This document shows, piece by piece, positions 18,929 to 27,333 of a stretch of DNA of 64,000 nt. The notes beneath the pieces were generated by a model, which was not told where the DNA came from, searched no databases, and was given only the letters and a program-made list of their open reading frames with translations. This stretch comes from an uncultured Bacillales bacterium (GTDB lineage Bacteria; Bacillota_I; Bacilli_A; RFN20; CAG-826). Position 1 is the first letter of the stretch; each line of letters opens with the position of its first letter. Position numbers and translations under genes: made by a program. The stretch is taken from assembly GCA_905197045.1 (NCBI GenBank), contig CAJJXG010000006.1, forward strand, positions 9,555-73,554, read 5' to 3'.

Positions 18929-20443
18929 CTATTTTTTTGCACGATGATATTTAATTATTAAATTTTTTAGTGATTGTTCAATCTCTTTACTTAAATCGTG
19001 CCATAAAAAACGGTATGTCCAGTTCTCTTCGTTCACTGTTCCAGGCTCATTCATTCTAGACTCTTTCCCTTGAAACAAAATATCTTGCATCGTTAAAGTA
19101 ACATGATCAGCTTTACTAGCAAAAGCAAGTTCAAAAAGGAATCTAGTTTTTTCAAATAAAGACATACCTTCCTTTAATTCAACGCCCATTTTTTTGGCTT
19201 CTTCAACAATTCTTTTTTCACCTAATTTTCTTTCTTCATCAGTTAAAACATCAAGCAAACCTTTAATAGGCAAATTATCATGATTGCCCAAATAAAGATA
19301 AGTATTTTCATTAATATTTGAAGGCAAAAAAGAATCTGAATAAAATTTTGTAGCAAAAAAATTGCCACAAACAACGCTTAAACTAGGTAGTCCTGTTTTT
19401 TCAACGAAATTAGAAACATCTTTAGAATAAGTACCTAAATTGTTAGCAATTAATGGATATTCCTTTTTTATATCGTTAACAAATTCGAGTCCAGGTCCAT
19501 TAAGATAAATCCCTTTTCTACCATTTTTGCTTCTAAAGTTAACGGCATATATCTGATAAAAACCTCTAAAATGATTTAATTTTATGCGATCATAGAAACC
19601 TTTTGCTACATTAAGACGATATCTCCACCATTTATAATTACTCATCTTCATATAATCCCAATCGTATAGAGGATAACCCCGTTTTTGGCCTTCTTTTCTA
19701 AAATTATCAGGCGGGAATCCTACAACATATGTTGGCATATTTCTTTTATCGATAATAAAAAGTTCTGGTGACATGTACATCGTGTCAGAGTCATAGCTTA
19801 AAAAGTGTGGCACTTCTCCGACAATATCAATACCTTTTTTCTTAGCGTAGTTATGCAGTTTATTCCATTGTTTTACAAACAAAAAAGATAAAAATAAATA
19901 GTAATCAATTTCACTAGAATATTTTTTCTGATATTCTTCGCGAATTTCGCTTCCAAAATATCGATCCTCAAGTCTAAAATCAAACCAACTCTTGTCTTGA
20001 TTTTTCGACTTAATAGTCTCATAAAGGGCATATTGGTATCGAAATGGATTATTTTTGAATTCAATAAAATCAGGATTTGTTTTGTCAAATCGTTTAAAAG
20101 CTTGTTTTAGAATTTGCGTCTTGCTTTCTTTAAGTTTTATATAATCAATTTTTCTAGGATTTTGTCCAAAATCAATTCCAGTAAAGTCTCGGCTCGTCAA
20201 TAAACCATCCTTTATTAACTCTTCAAAATCAATGAAAAGATAGTTCAGACTATAAGCACTAGGAATGTCGTAAGGTGAATTACCTTTACCAACATCTTCA
20301 ATTGGCAATATTTCCCAATATGAAAAACCACATTCACTTAAAAAATCAATGAATTTATAGGCATTTTCACCAAGCGTACCTATTCCATATTTACCTGGCA
20401 AAGATGAAATATGTAATAAAACACCACATTCTTTTTTTCTCAT
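18929..20443 (-). CDS. malQ: 4-alpha-glucanotransferase paralog (GH77)
   Basis: 504 aa, collinear with the neighbouring malQ (GIGTLG, IKLNHFRGF, PLIANNLG, YLGNHDN) but clearly diverged. It sits upstream of the cre-controlled promoter. Confidence 0.9.
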   Translation of the reverse strand: MRKKECGVLLHISSLPGKYGIGTLGENAYKFIDFLSECGFSYWEILPIEDVGKGNSPYDIPSAYSLNYLFIDFEELIKDGLLTSRDFTGIDFGQNPRKIDYIKLKESKTQILKQAFKRFDKTNPDFIEFKNNPFRYQYALYETIKSKNQDKSWFDFRLEDRYFGSEIREEYQKKYSSEIDYYLFLSFLFVKQWNKLHNYAKKKGIDIVGEVPHFLSYDSDTMYMSPELFIIDKRNMPTYVVGFPPDNFRKEGQKRGYPLYDWDYMKMSNYKWWRYRLNVAKGFYDRIKLNHFRGFYQIYAVNFRSKNGRKGIYLNGPGLEFVNDIKKEYPLIANNLGTYSKDVSNFVEKTGLPSLSVVCGNFFATKFYSDSFLPSNINENTYLYLGNHDNLPIKGLLDVLTDEERKLGEKRIVEEAKKMGVELKEGMSLFEKTRFLFELAFASKADHVTLTMQDILFQGKESRMNEPGTVNEENWTYRFLWHDLSKEIEQSLKNLIIKYHRAKK

Positions 20444-20600
20444 AGCAAAATTATTTTAACTTTTAATTTGAATTATTGAAAGTAGATAAGGCAGATTTAA
20501 AGCTTTTTTCGTTTTAGACTACAATAGCTTAAACAAAATAATTAATTGAGGTTTAGATTTTAATTTGCTTTTGATTTTTTTCTTCACTACTATATTAAGT

Positions 20601-21890
20601 ATGAAAAAATATTTAAAAAACCAAATTATATATCAGGTATACGTTAGAAATTTTACAAAAGAAGGCACATTTAAAGGGTTATTAAATAAAATTGACTATA
20701 TTAAATCTTTAAATGTCGACATCGTTTATTTACTTCCAATTTCTCCAATTGGGCAATTAAATAGAAAAGGAACGCTTGGTTCGCCATATTCGATTAAGGA
20801 TTATACAAAAATTAATGAAGAATTAGGGAATGAAGAAGACTTTAAAAATGTTATTGCGTCTTGTCACAAGAGAAACATGAAAGTAATGATTGATATTGTT
20901 TATAATCACACATCAAGAGATTCATGGATTAAAGAAAATCATCCTGAATGGATGTTTCACGATAAAAAAGGCAATATTTCAAACAAAGTTGAAGATTGGT
21001 CTGATGTTTATGATTTAGATTATAACAACAAAGATTTAATTGACTATTTAGTTAAAGTTATCGAATACTACTCGTCTTTAGGCGTTGATGGGTATCGTTT
21101 TGATGTCGCAAGTTTAATTGATAAAGAATTTTTTATTGCGTTAAAGAAAATGTTGAACGAAAAATATCCAGAAACAATTCTTCTTGCTGAGAGTGTTCAC
21201 CCTGGATTTGTCGATTCTTTAAGAGCACAAAACTACAATTGTTTAAGTGATGGTGAACTTATTGAGTATGCTTTCGATTTACTCTACCCATATAATTCTT
21301 ACGAAAATTTAAGAAATTATTTAGATATTAAAGATGAAAGATGGCTTGATTATTATAAATATTCCTTACTTCTTGAAGACAGCATGACTCCAAATACTTC
21401 TTTAAGAATTAGAGGTTTAGAAAATCATGATCAAAGAAGACTTTATCAATTCAGTCATGATTTCACTTTATTAAGAAATCTTGCTGCCTTAGCTCCTTAT
21501 ATGAAAGGACCAATGTTTATTTATAATGGTTTAGAAACCAAAGCTGACCATTTAGAAAGCTTGTTCGATAAAGATGATATGAGTTGGGAAATCGATCAAG
21601 ACTGGTTTGACTTTATTAAAAAGTTAATATCTTATAAAAAGGATGAAAAGAATCTTGATTTGAACACCACCGCTCCTCTTTTAACAAAAGGCGCCAATTT
21701 AGCTTTTAAAAACACTTATAAAGATGGAACTTTCACTTATGGCTTATTTTCACTAAGCGGTAAAGACGAGTTAATTGAAGATTCTGGATTAATTGATGGT
21801 GAATATACCGACTATTTAACAGGTAAAACTTACACCATAAATAACCACTCAATTAGTGTTAAGGAACCACTTTTCTTGTTTAAAAAATAA
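20601..21890 (+). CDS. cytoplasmic GH13 alpha-amylase-family enzyme
   Basis: The ORF track starts at a TTG (20565). The in-frame ATG (MKKYLKNQIIYQVYVRNF...) is the likelier start. GH13 regions: VMIDIVYNHTS, GYRFDVA, LLAESV, LENHDQ. No signal peptide. Confidence 0.85.
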   Translation: MKKYLKNQIIYQVYVRNFTKEGTFKGLLNKIDYIKSLNVDIVYLLPISPIGQLNRKGTLGSPYSIKDYTKINEELGNEEDFKNVIASCHKRNMKVMIDIVYNHTSRDSWIKENHPEWMFHDKKGNISNKVEDWSDVYDLDYNNKDLIDYLVKVIEYYSSLGVDGYRFDVASLIDKEFFIALKKMLNEKYPETILLAESVHPGFVDSLRAQNYNCLSDGELIEYAFDLLYPYNSYENLRNYLDIKDERWLDYYKYSLLLEDSMTPNTSLRIRGLENHDQRRLYQFSHDFTLLRNLAALAPYMKGPMFIYNGLETKADHLESLFDKDDMSWEIDQDWFDFIKKLISYKKDEKNLDLNTTAPLLTKGANLAFKNTYKDGTFTYGLFSLSGKDELIEDSGLIDGEYTDYLTGKTYTINNHSISVKEPLFLFKK

Positions 21891-21892
21891 TT

Positions 21893-22321
21893 ATGCGCTT
21901 AAAAATCTTTAGAATTTCTTGTCTAATACTTTATGTTATTTCTTTATTAGTATCGATTGGTCTATTTGTTCTATCGATTATCTTTACAACAAGTACTGAT
22001 TTTTATTTAACGCCAATTGCTTGTGGGGCTAGTTGTGTTATTTCTTTGCTTCTTCTTATAATGAGTATTAAAAATTTTAATAAGAATACTTGTGCGCTTG
22101 TAGATTTAGCATATGAAAAAAACATGTCAATCAATAAGGCTGCTTTTATCGGATCAATTGTTGTTTTTAGTTTCGGAATTATTTCTTTAATAGGCGGAAT
22201 CTTGCTAATTGTATTATTAAGTTATTTTACTTTAGGTTTAGCTTTACTTGCTTTAGCAAATTTCATCATTATTAACTTGATTCTTTATTACATTTATATG
22301 TATGTTGAAATTCATTATTAA
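21893..22321 (+). CDS. small integral membrane protein (4 TM), unknown function
   Basis: 142-aa ORF. The ATG lies 2 nt after the GH13 stop. It is followed by a terminator. Confidence 0.55.
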   Translation: MRLKIFRISCLILYVISLLVSIGLFVLSIIFTTSTDFYLTPIACGASCVISLLLLIMSIKNFNKNTCALVDLAYEKNMSINKAAFIGSIVVFSFGIISLIGGILLIVLLSYFTLGLALLALANFIIINLILYYIYMYVEIHY

Positions 22322-22343
22322 TGAGTTTACATCTATAAAAATT

Positions 22344-22374
22344 GAGCGGTTAAAAACCGCTCTTTTATTTTTTT
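22344..22374. terminator. bidirectional rho-independent terminator between convergent genes
   Basis: Stem GAGCGGT / ACCGCTC (~22344-22350 / 22356-22362) with a 5-nt loop. A T-run TTTTATTTTTTT lies downstream and an A-rich run upstream. Confidence 0.75.
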
Positions 22375-22407
22375 ACCTTAGATTTGCAGGGTTTTTGGCT
22401 AAAAAGC

Positions 22408-22992
22408 TTAGTTTATGTATTTAATAATTTTTGCTGGATTACCTGCAACAATAGCATTATCTGGTACATCTTTTGTAACCACACTTCCTGCTCCAATAAT
22501 TGCATTTTCTCCTATTGTTACACCTGGTAAAATAACACTTTTTGAGCCAATCCAAGCGTAATCTTTAATAACGATTTTTTTAGGAATTAAATCATATCTT
22601 TCTTCTTTTTTAAATCCATGATTTAAAGAAGCAAAAATACATTCGTGTCCAATATTTACATAATTACCAATTTCAATTCCGCCTTGATCTTGAAAAGCAC
22701 ATCCTGCGTTTATAAAAACATGTTTCCCTATTCTTAAGTTTTTTCCAAAATCAATATAAATTGGTGGAAATAAAGAAAAGTTATCATCTAAGTTTTTCCC
22801 AGTAATTTCTTCCATTAATTTTATTAATTCTTTTTCATCGTGATATTTAGTATTGATTTCAAAAGTTAACTTACGTGTCTCACCACTAATTTTATGCATT
22901 AACTCTTTATATTCATTACCTTGTTTTAAAGTTTTTCCTTCATTTAAATAGTTTAATAAATCATTTAAAGATACTTCTTTCATCTTAATCAA
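22408..22992 (-). CDS. maa: sugar O-acetyltransferase, hexapeptide-repeat family (Maa/LacA-like)
   Basis: 194 aa with an N-terminal Mac domain. Left-handed beta-helix hexapeptide repeats are present ([29 protein letters not shown]). Confidence 0.85.
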   Translation of the reverse strand: MIKMKEVSLNDLLNYLNEGKTLKQGNEYKELMHKISGETRKLTFEINTKYHDEKELIKLMEEITGKNLDDNFSLFPPIYIDFGKNLRIGKHVFINAGCAFQDQGGIEIGNYVNIGHECIFASLNHGFKKEERYDLIPKKIVIKDYAWIGSKSVILPGVTIGENAIIGAGSVVTKDVPDNAIVAGNPAKIIKYIN

Positions 22993-23908
22993 TCCTTTCT
23001 TTTATTACATCATCCGCCATTAATCTACCAATTAATAAGGATGAATCATCACTATGTTTTAAATAGTTATTTTTAACTTCTTCTTCATTAAAGTTTGCAT
23101 AGCAATAGCGACAAAGCGACTTACAAGAATTATATGCTCCAATATCAACAGTTTGGACACAATTACAATTTTCATTATCTCGATGAGTTCTTCTTTTAAA
23201 TTTAACAGTTTTATTAAGCTCATTCATTAAAGAAGAAGCAAATTCTTTTGTTAAACAACTTCCTTTAATAAAACCATATTGTGTTAGATTTTCTTTTTCT
23301 CCACAAGTAAAAATTTTAAGGTTATTTTCACTAGCAATCTTAAAAAATTCTTCTCCTATTAATTTATAATCTTCTTCTTTAAATTTCTCTAAATGTAGAT
23401 ATTTATCGTTATTATTTAAAACGTTTTTATATAAATCAATAAATGAAATCACCACATTATCAGCGCTTCCACTTATTTCACTTGCTAACTTTTTAAAAGC
23501 TTTTATGTGATAAGAGATAGTGTATTCCTTACTTTTTAAAATTGGATCAAAGCGAATAAAAATACGTTCCTTTCCATAGCGCTTTCCTAAATAACGAACT
23601 GCTTTAATTATTTCTTTTTTATCTTTAGCAATTTTAGGTTCAATATCTTCCTTATATGGTGTTATTGTAATATGAAAAATCAAAGGAACATTTTTTAAAA
23701 GTGAATCTAATTCATCAAGATATGGTAAAAATGGTATTGGATTTTTAGTACAAAACATAATAATATCGACCATATCAAAATAAATTCGTGATACAAGTTT
23801 TGGATTATAAGGATTTCTTGTATCAACATAGCCTTCTTTTACTCGATTTATAAACCATTTTGGATAGTAGGTTAAAATATCACTTCTTCCGCTTACAAAT
23901 AAAACCAT
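22985..23908 (-). CDS. DUF1848 domain-containing protein
   Basis: 307 aa. The N-terminus [33 protein letters not shown]... and [15 protein letters not shown] match the DUF1848 pattern. C-terminal cysteine cluster [15 protein letters not shown]. Confidence 0.75.
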   Translation of the reverse strand: MVLFVSGRSDILTYYPKWFINRVKEGYVDTRNPYNPKLVSRIYFDMVDIIMFCTKNPIPFLPYLDELDSLLKNVPLIFHITITPYKEDIEPKIAKDKKEIIKAVRYLGKRYGKERIFIRFDPILKSKEYTISYHIKAFKKLASEISGSADNVVISFIDLYKNVLNNNDKYLHLEKFKEEDYKLIGEEFFKIASENNLKIFTCGEKENLTQYGFIKGSCLTKEFASSLMNELNKTVKFKRRTHRDNENCNCVQTVDIGAYNSCKSLCRYCYANFNEEEVKNNYLKHSDDSSLLIGRLMADDVIKERID

Positions 23909-23962
23909 AATTTGTATTTTATAAGTTTCTCTAGTGTTGATAAAGAATTAAGCGCAATCTGA

Positions 23963-24141
23963 TTGCATATTTTTATAGCGACTTTTTGAATGATTTGCAT
24001 TTTTTTCAAGCGAGTTTTTAAGAACTTTGCATATTTTTATAGCGACTTTTTAAGTTATTTGCATATTTTTATAGCGACTTTTTGAATGATTTGCATTTTT
24101 TTCAAGCGAGTTTTTAAGACTTTTACATATTTTTGTAGTGC
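23963..24141. repeat. tandem array of six 31-33-bp units (pattern A-B-A'-A-B-A'')
   Basis: Unit A is TTGCATATTTTTATAGCGACTTTTTGAATGA and unit B is TTTGCATTTTTTTCAAGCGAGTTTTTAAGAAC. The A+B pair (~62 bp) recurs almost exactly 96 bp later (23963-24025 vs 24059-24120). The last unit is degenerate. Confidence 0.85.
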
Positions 24142-24585
24142 AAAATGAGGATTCTAAGAATTATACTGTTGAAGCATGTCTGAAAACATTAAGTAGAATT
24201 GAGGCAACAAGGAATCCTTCAACCAATGAATACAACGTATTGTATGAATTAACTAAACACCAAAAAGAGATATTAAATTGCCTTGGATTAACTCAAAAAA
24301 TAGTTAATAAAACATATAAATACTGATTTAGTTATCAAAATCCTAAAAGTTTAGGACATAAATAACCTCACTTTTTAGCCACGATACCACGATAAATTTT
24401 AAAGTATCTAAAAATGTTGTTAACTGTTTCGGATATAAAAAATACGATGGTTATCGCATGTTTGCCTGTACGTATTTTCAAGGCTCTAAGGATTAATCGT
24501 GGCTTTTTCTAAACAAGGGACTGACATTCCCCCAAAAGTATTATAAATTAATATGAGATACGTCAAAACAAGGGAGGTAAGACCT

Positions 24586-25614
24586 ATGAATCCGTATTTT
24601 ATCATCAGCAATGCAAAGACCTTTGCTTTTTCCGCAGAAAATCCCACAGGAACCAGAGCAGGCGGTTCCAGAGGAGGGGATTGCACCAAGCTTCGTCCAA
24701 CCGTGACGATTCACGCAGGGGAGACTGTGACACTGGTGGACACCAATGGGCCAGGAATAATCCAGAGCATCTGGTTTACCGGCTACGTTGGACACAGCTT
24801 TGTGCTCCGCATTTACTGGGACAACTGCGAATATCCTTCTGTGGAAGCTCCCATTTCCGCATTTTTCGGGACAGCATACGATGAGAATTTTGTGGACAGG
24901 GATGGAAAATATGCGGTGCTCAATTCTGCAAAGATCCTAGTGGCTCCCGGACGAGGACTGAGCTGTTACTGGGAGATGCCTTTCAAAAAGCACTGCCGAA
25001 TCACCATGGAAAACCGCGGTGAAAAGGATCAGGACCTGTACTATATCATCACCGGCTGCCACTGTGAGGTGCCCGACGAGATCGGGTATTTCCATGCTTC
25101 CTACCGTCAGGAGCATCCCGTTCAGAAGGGACGTTCCTACACCATCATCGACGGCATTCAGGGAAAAGGCCAGTTCGTGGGCGTAACCCTGGCCACCGGA
25201 ATAAACGGAAACAACACCTGTTGGGTGGAGGGAGAAGCCAGAATGTACATAGACGATGACAAATATCCTTCCATTCACTATACAGGCACAGAGGATTATT
25301 TCGGCGGCTCCTACGGCTTTGGAAATGATGTTCAAATCAAATCCTATCAGACTTACAGCGGCCTTTACAGCGGAATGTACGCCATCTACGGTAATAACCG
25401 TGAATTTTACAACGGCCAGCAGAGATTTCTGCTATACCGCTTCCACATCGCTGACCCGATTCATTTTGAGACCAAATTCCGCATGACCCTGGACAATCTG
25501 GGATGGACCGGGCCACGATACGATGACTATACTTCCTGCGCATACTGGTATCAGACGCTGCCATCCGCACCACTGAAACCACTGCCGTCTGACAAAGAGA
25601 TGATTATGAAGTGA
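24586..25614 (+). CDS. DUF2961 / glycoside hydrolase family 172-like protein on a GC-rich foreign cassette
   Basis: The track ORF starts at 24553. The ATG at 24586 (MNPYFIISN...) has SD GGGAGG 7 nt upstream. DUF2961 hallmarks: GPGIIQSIWFT, WEMPFKKHCRITMEN, EGEARMYIDDDKYPSIHYTGTEDYFGG. G+C is visibly above 50%, against below 30% in the flanks. Confidence 0.85.
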   Translation: MNPYFIISNAKTFAFSAENPTGTRAGGSRGGDCTKLRPTVTIHAGETVTLVDTNGPGIIQSIWFTGYVGHSFVLRIYWDNCEYPSVEAPISAFFGTAYDENFVDRDGKYAVLNSAKILVAPGRGLSCYWEMPFKKHCRITMENRGEKDQDLYYIITGCHCEVPDEIGYFHASYRQEHPVQKGRSYTIIDGIQGKGQFVGVTLATGINGNNTCWVEGEARMYIDDDKYPSIHYTGTEDYFGGSYGFGNDVQIKSYQTYSGLYSGMYAIYGNNREFYNGQQRFLLYRFHIADPIHFETKFRMTLDNLGWTGPRYDDYTSCAYWYQTLPSAPLKPLPSDKEMIMK

Positions 25615-25653
25615 CCGCCACAGGCGAATGGGTAAAAAACATTACAAAAAATT

Positions 25654-25688
25654 GGGATGTCAAGCAAAAATACTTGACCCCTTTTTTT
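25654..25688 (+). terminator. rho-independent terminator of the GH172 cassette
   Basis: Stem GTCAAG / CTTGAC (~25659-25664 / 25673-25678), extendable by GGG/CCC. Followed by TTTTTTT (~25682-25688). Confidence 0.55.
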
Positions 25689-25744
25689 ATATAATCTTCG
25701 TTGGCTGACGGCAGCAGACTGCCTTATTTTTGACCGTAAAGAAA

Positions 25745-27013
25745 TCAAGGTTTTAAGCAGCCTAATGGGACTACATAAACGTCATCATCTCTTTTGTAGG
25801 CATATTTATTTTTTGTAATAACCATTAAGTATGCTGGCTGCTCAATTAAATCGTCTTTAATCTTTTTTAAATTACTGGCAGCTTCTTCTATATCGTCATC
25901 ATCGCCAAGTTTTATTTCTATTAATCCAAATTCACCATCACGATAGACAATAACTGCATCACATTCTCTACCTAAACTATCACGATAATGGTAAATAGAA
26001 GCATCGATAACCGAAGCGTAAATCTTTAAATCTCTAATTGCAAGCGATTCAAAAAGAAATCCAAATAATTTCATATCTTTAAATATTGATTGAGGCGTAA
26101 GGCCTAAAGAAGCTACAGCAATCGATGAATCAATAAAATATCTGGTATTTTTCGTTCTAATCGCTGTTTTACTTCTTAAATTTGTATTCCGAGCTAAAAC
26201 CTCATCAATTACAAACAATCTTTGAAGTGCTGAAAAATACTTTTCAAACGTTTTTACATCAATATTTGCGTCATTAATAATTGTAGAATCTGGACACTGA
26301 GTACCAATATTTCTTGCATACGAGCGTAATATTTTCTGCGATGTTAAAATATTTTTTCTAATTGCTAAATCTTTAAAAGTAAATAAATCATCTTGGTATA
26401 ATATCTCAAAATAATAATAAGCTTGCGCAAGAGCAACTTTTTCGCTTTCTCCTATAGATAATGGCCGGCCACCTCTACAAATATAAAATGCATAGTCAAA
26501 AATATTTTTCTCACAAGCGCCAAAATTAAAATTTCCATTTTTTAAAGAAGAAAGAGAAATTGTTCCATTACTTTCGCCGCTTTCATAAAGAGAGAGTGTT
26601 CTCATCATTTTTCGACAAATTCGACCATTTCCAGTATGTTCGTCTAATCCGTCTGCACTAATACTTGATGATAATTTATTAGTTACACTTCCTGTTAAAA
26701 TGTATTCGCCAAATTCACAATTTTTGTCAACTTGAATTTTAATTTCATTCCAAATAAAAGGTATAAGTTGCCATTCATCAATTAAAATTGGTTTCTCTCC
26801 TTGATTTAAAAATAAATCAGGAGCATTTTTAGCAAATTCAATAATTTGAGATCTCGTTTTTAAAGGCAGAAGTTCTATTATTGTTTTAGCATGTCTTGCA
26901 CATGTTGTTGTTTTACCACACCATTTTGGGCCAACTACCAATACAGCGCCTTTACTTTCTAAAGCAAATCGTAAAATTTCATCAAATAATCTTGGAATAT
27001 AGGTCTTTTTCAT
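25745..27013 (-). CDS. AAA+ ATPase with C-terminal DUF4143 (COG1373 family)
   Basis: 422 aa. Walker A VVGPKWCGKTT, Walker B ILIDEWQ. The DUF4143-type C-terminus (YHYRDSLGRECDAVIVYRDGEFGLIEIKLG) looks like a PD-(D/E)xK fold. Paralog of 43677..44972. Confidence 0.85.
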   Translation of the reverse strand: MKKTYIPRLFDEILRFALESKGAVLVVGPKWCGKTTTCARHAKTIIELLPLKTRSQIIEFAKNAPDLFLNQGEKPILIDEWQLIPFIWNEIKIQVDKNCEFGEYILTGSVTNKLSSSISADGLDEHTGNGRICRKMMRTLSLYESGESNGTISLSSLKNGNFNFGACEKNIFDYAFYICRGGRPLSIGESEKVALAQAYYYFEILYQDDLFTFKDLAIRKNILTSQKILRSYARNIGTQCPDSTIINDANIDVKTFEKYFSALQRLFVIDEVLARNTNLRSKTAIRTKNTRYFIDSSIAVASLGLTPQSIFKDMKLFGFLFESLAIRDLKIYASVIDASIYHYRDSLGRECDAVIVYRDGEFGLIEIKLGDDDDIEEAASNLKKIKDDLIEQPAYLMVITKNKYAYKRDDDVYVVPLGCLKP

Positions 27014-27052
27014 ATTGCTAGTTTATCATTTAAAAAAACAATTAACAATAAA

Positions 27053-27167
27053 AATCCCAAAAATATTAGTAAAATAATCCCAAATTTATGAGTAAATTAA
27101 TCCCATAAATATTATTAAATTAATCCCAGAAATGTTAGTAAAATAATCCCAAAAATATTAGTAAAAA
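27053..27167. repeat. five tandem 23-bp direct repeats (iteron-like) upstream of the COG1373 ATPase
   Basis: AATCCCAAAAATATTAGTAAAAT / AATCCCAAATTTATGAGTAAATT / AATCCCATAAATATTATTAAATT / AATCCCAGAAATGTTAGTAAAAT / AATCCCAAAAATATTAGTAAAAA. The period is exactly 23 bp and the array starts ~40 bp upstream of the ATPase start codon. Confidence 0.9.
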
Positions 27168-27333
27168 ATCAAAAGTAGTTAGTTCTTAAAGGTAATTCAA
27201 CAATGATCGTTTTCGATATAAAATTCACTTAGTTAAAATAGTAAAACTAATAGATAGCTATTTAAATTAGCCTAATATAGCGCCTAGATTATAATCGTGT
27301 TTTACTTAAAAAGCCTGCAAATCAAAAAGTTTT

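Noticed and set aside
24138-24326. A 62-aa ORF (MQNEDSKNYTVEACLK...) between the tandem array and the GC-rich cassette.
   Set aside because: The only possible start is a GTG inside the last degenerate repeat unit. There is no SD, no in-frame ATG and no recognisable motif. It may be a remnant of a disrupted gene, but I cannot support calling it.
24486-25748. Seven overlapping 65-132-aa ORFs on both strands: 24486..24689, 24541..24795, 24681..24884, 24937..25335, 25256..25486, 25337..25582 and 25551..25748.
   Set aside because: All lie inside the GC-rich cassette, where stop codons are rare in every frame. They overlap the well-supported DUF2961 frame, have no SD sequences, and their arginine/glycine/serine-rich translations look like off-frame products.
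27053-27167. A CRISPR interpretation of the 22-32-bp repeat arrays at 23963-24141, 27053-27167 and 45006-45261.
   Set aside because: The repeats are directly adjacent with no unique spacers (the period equals the repeat length). The copies are degenerate, and no cas genes are in the window.
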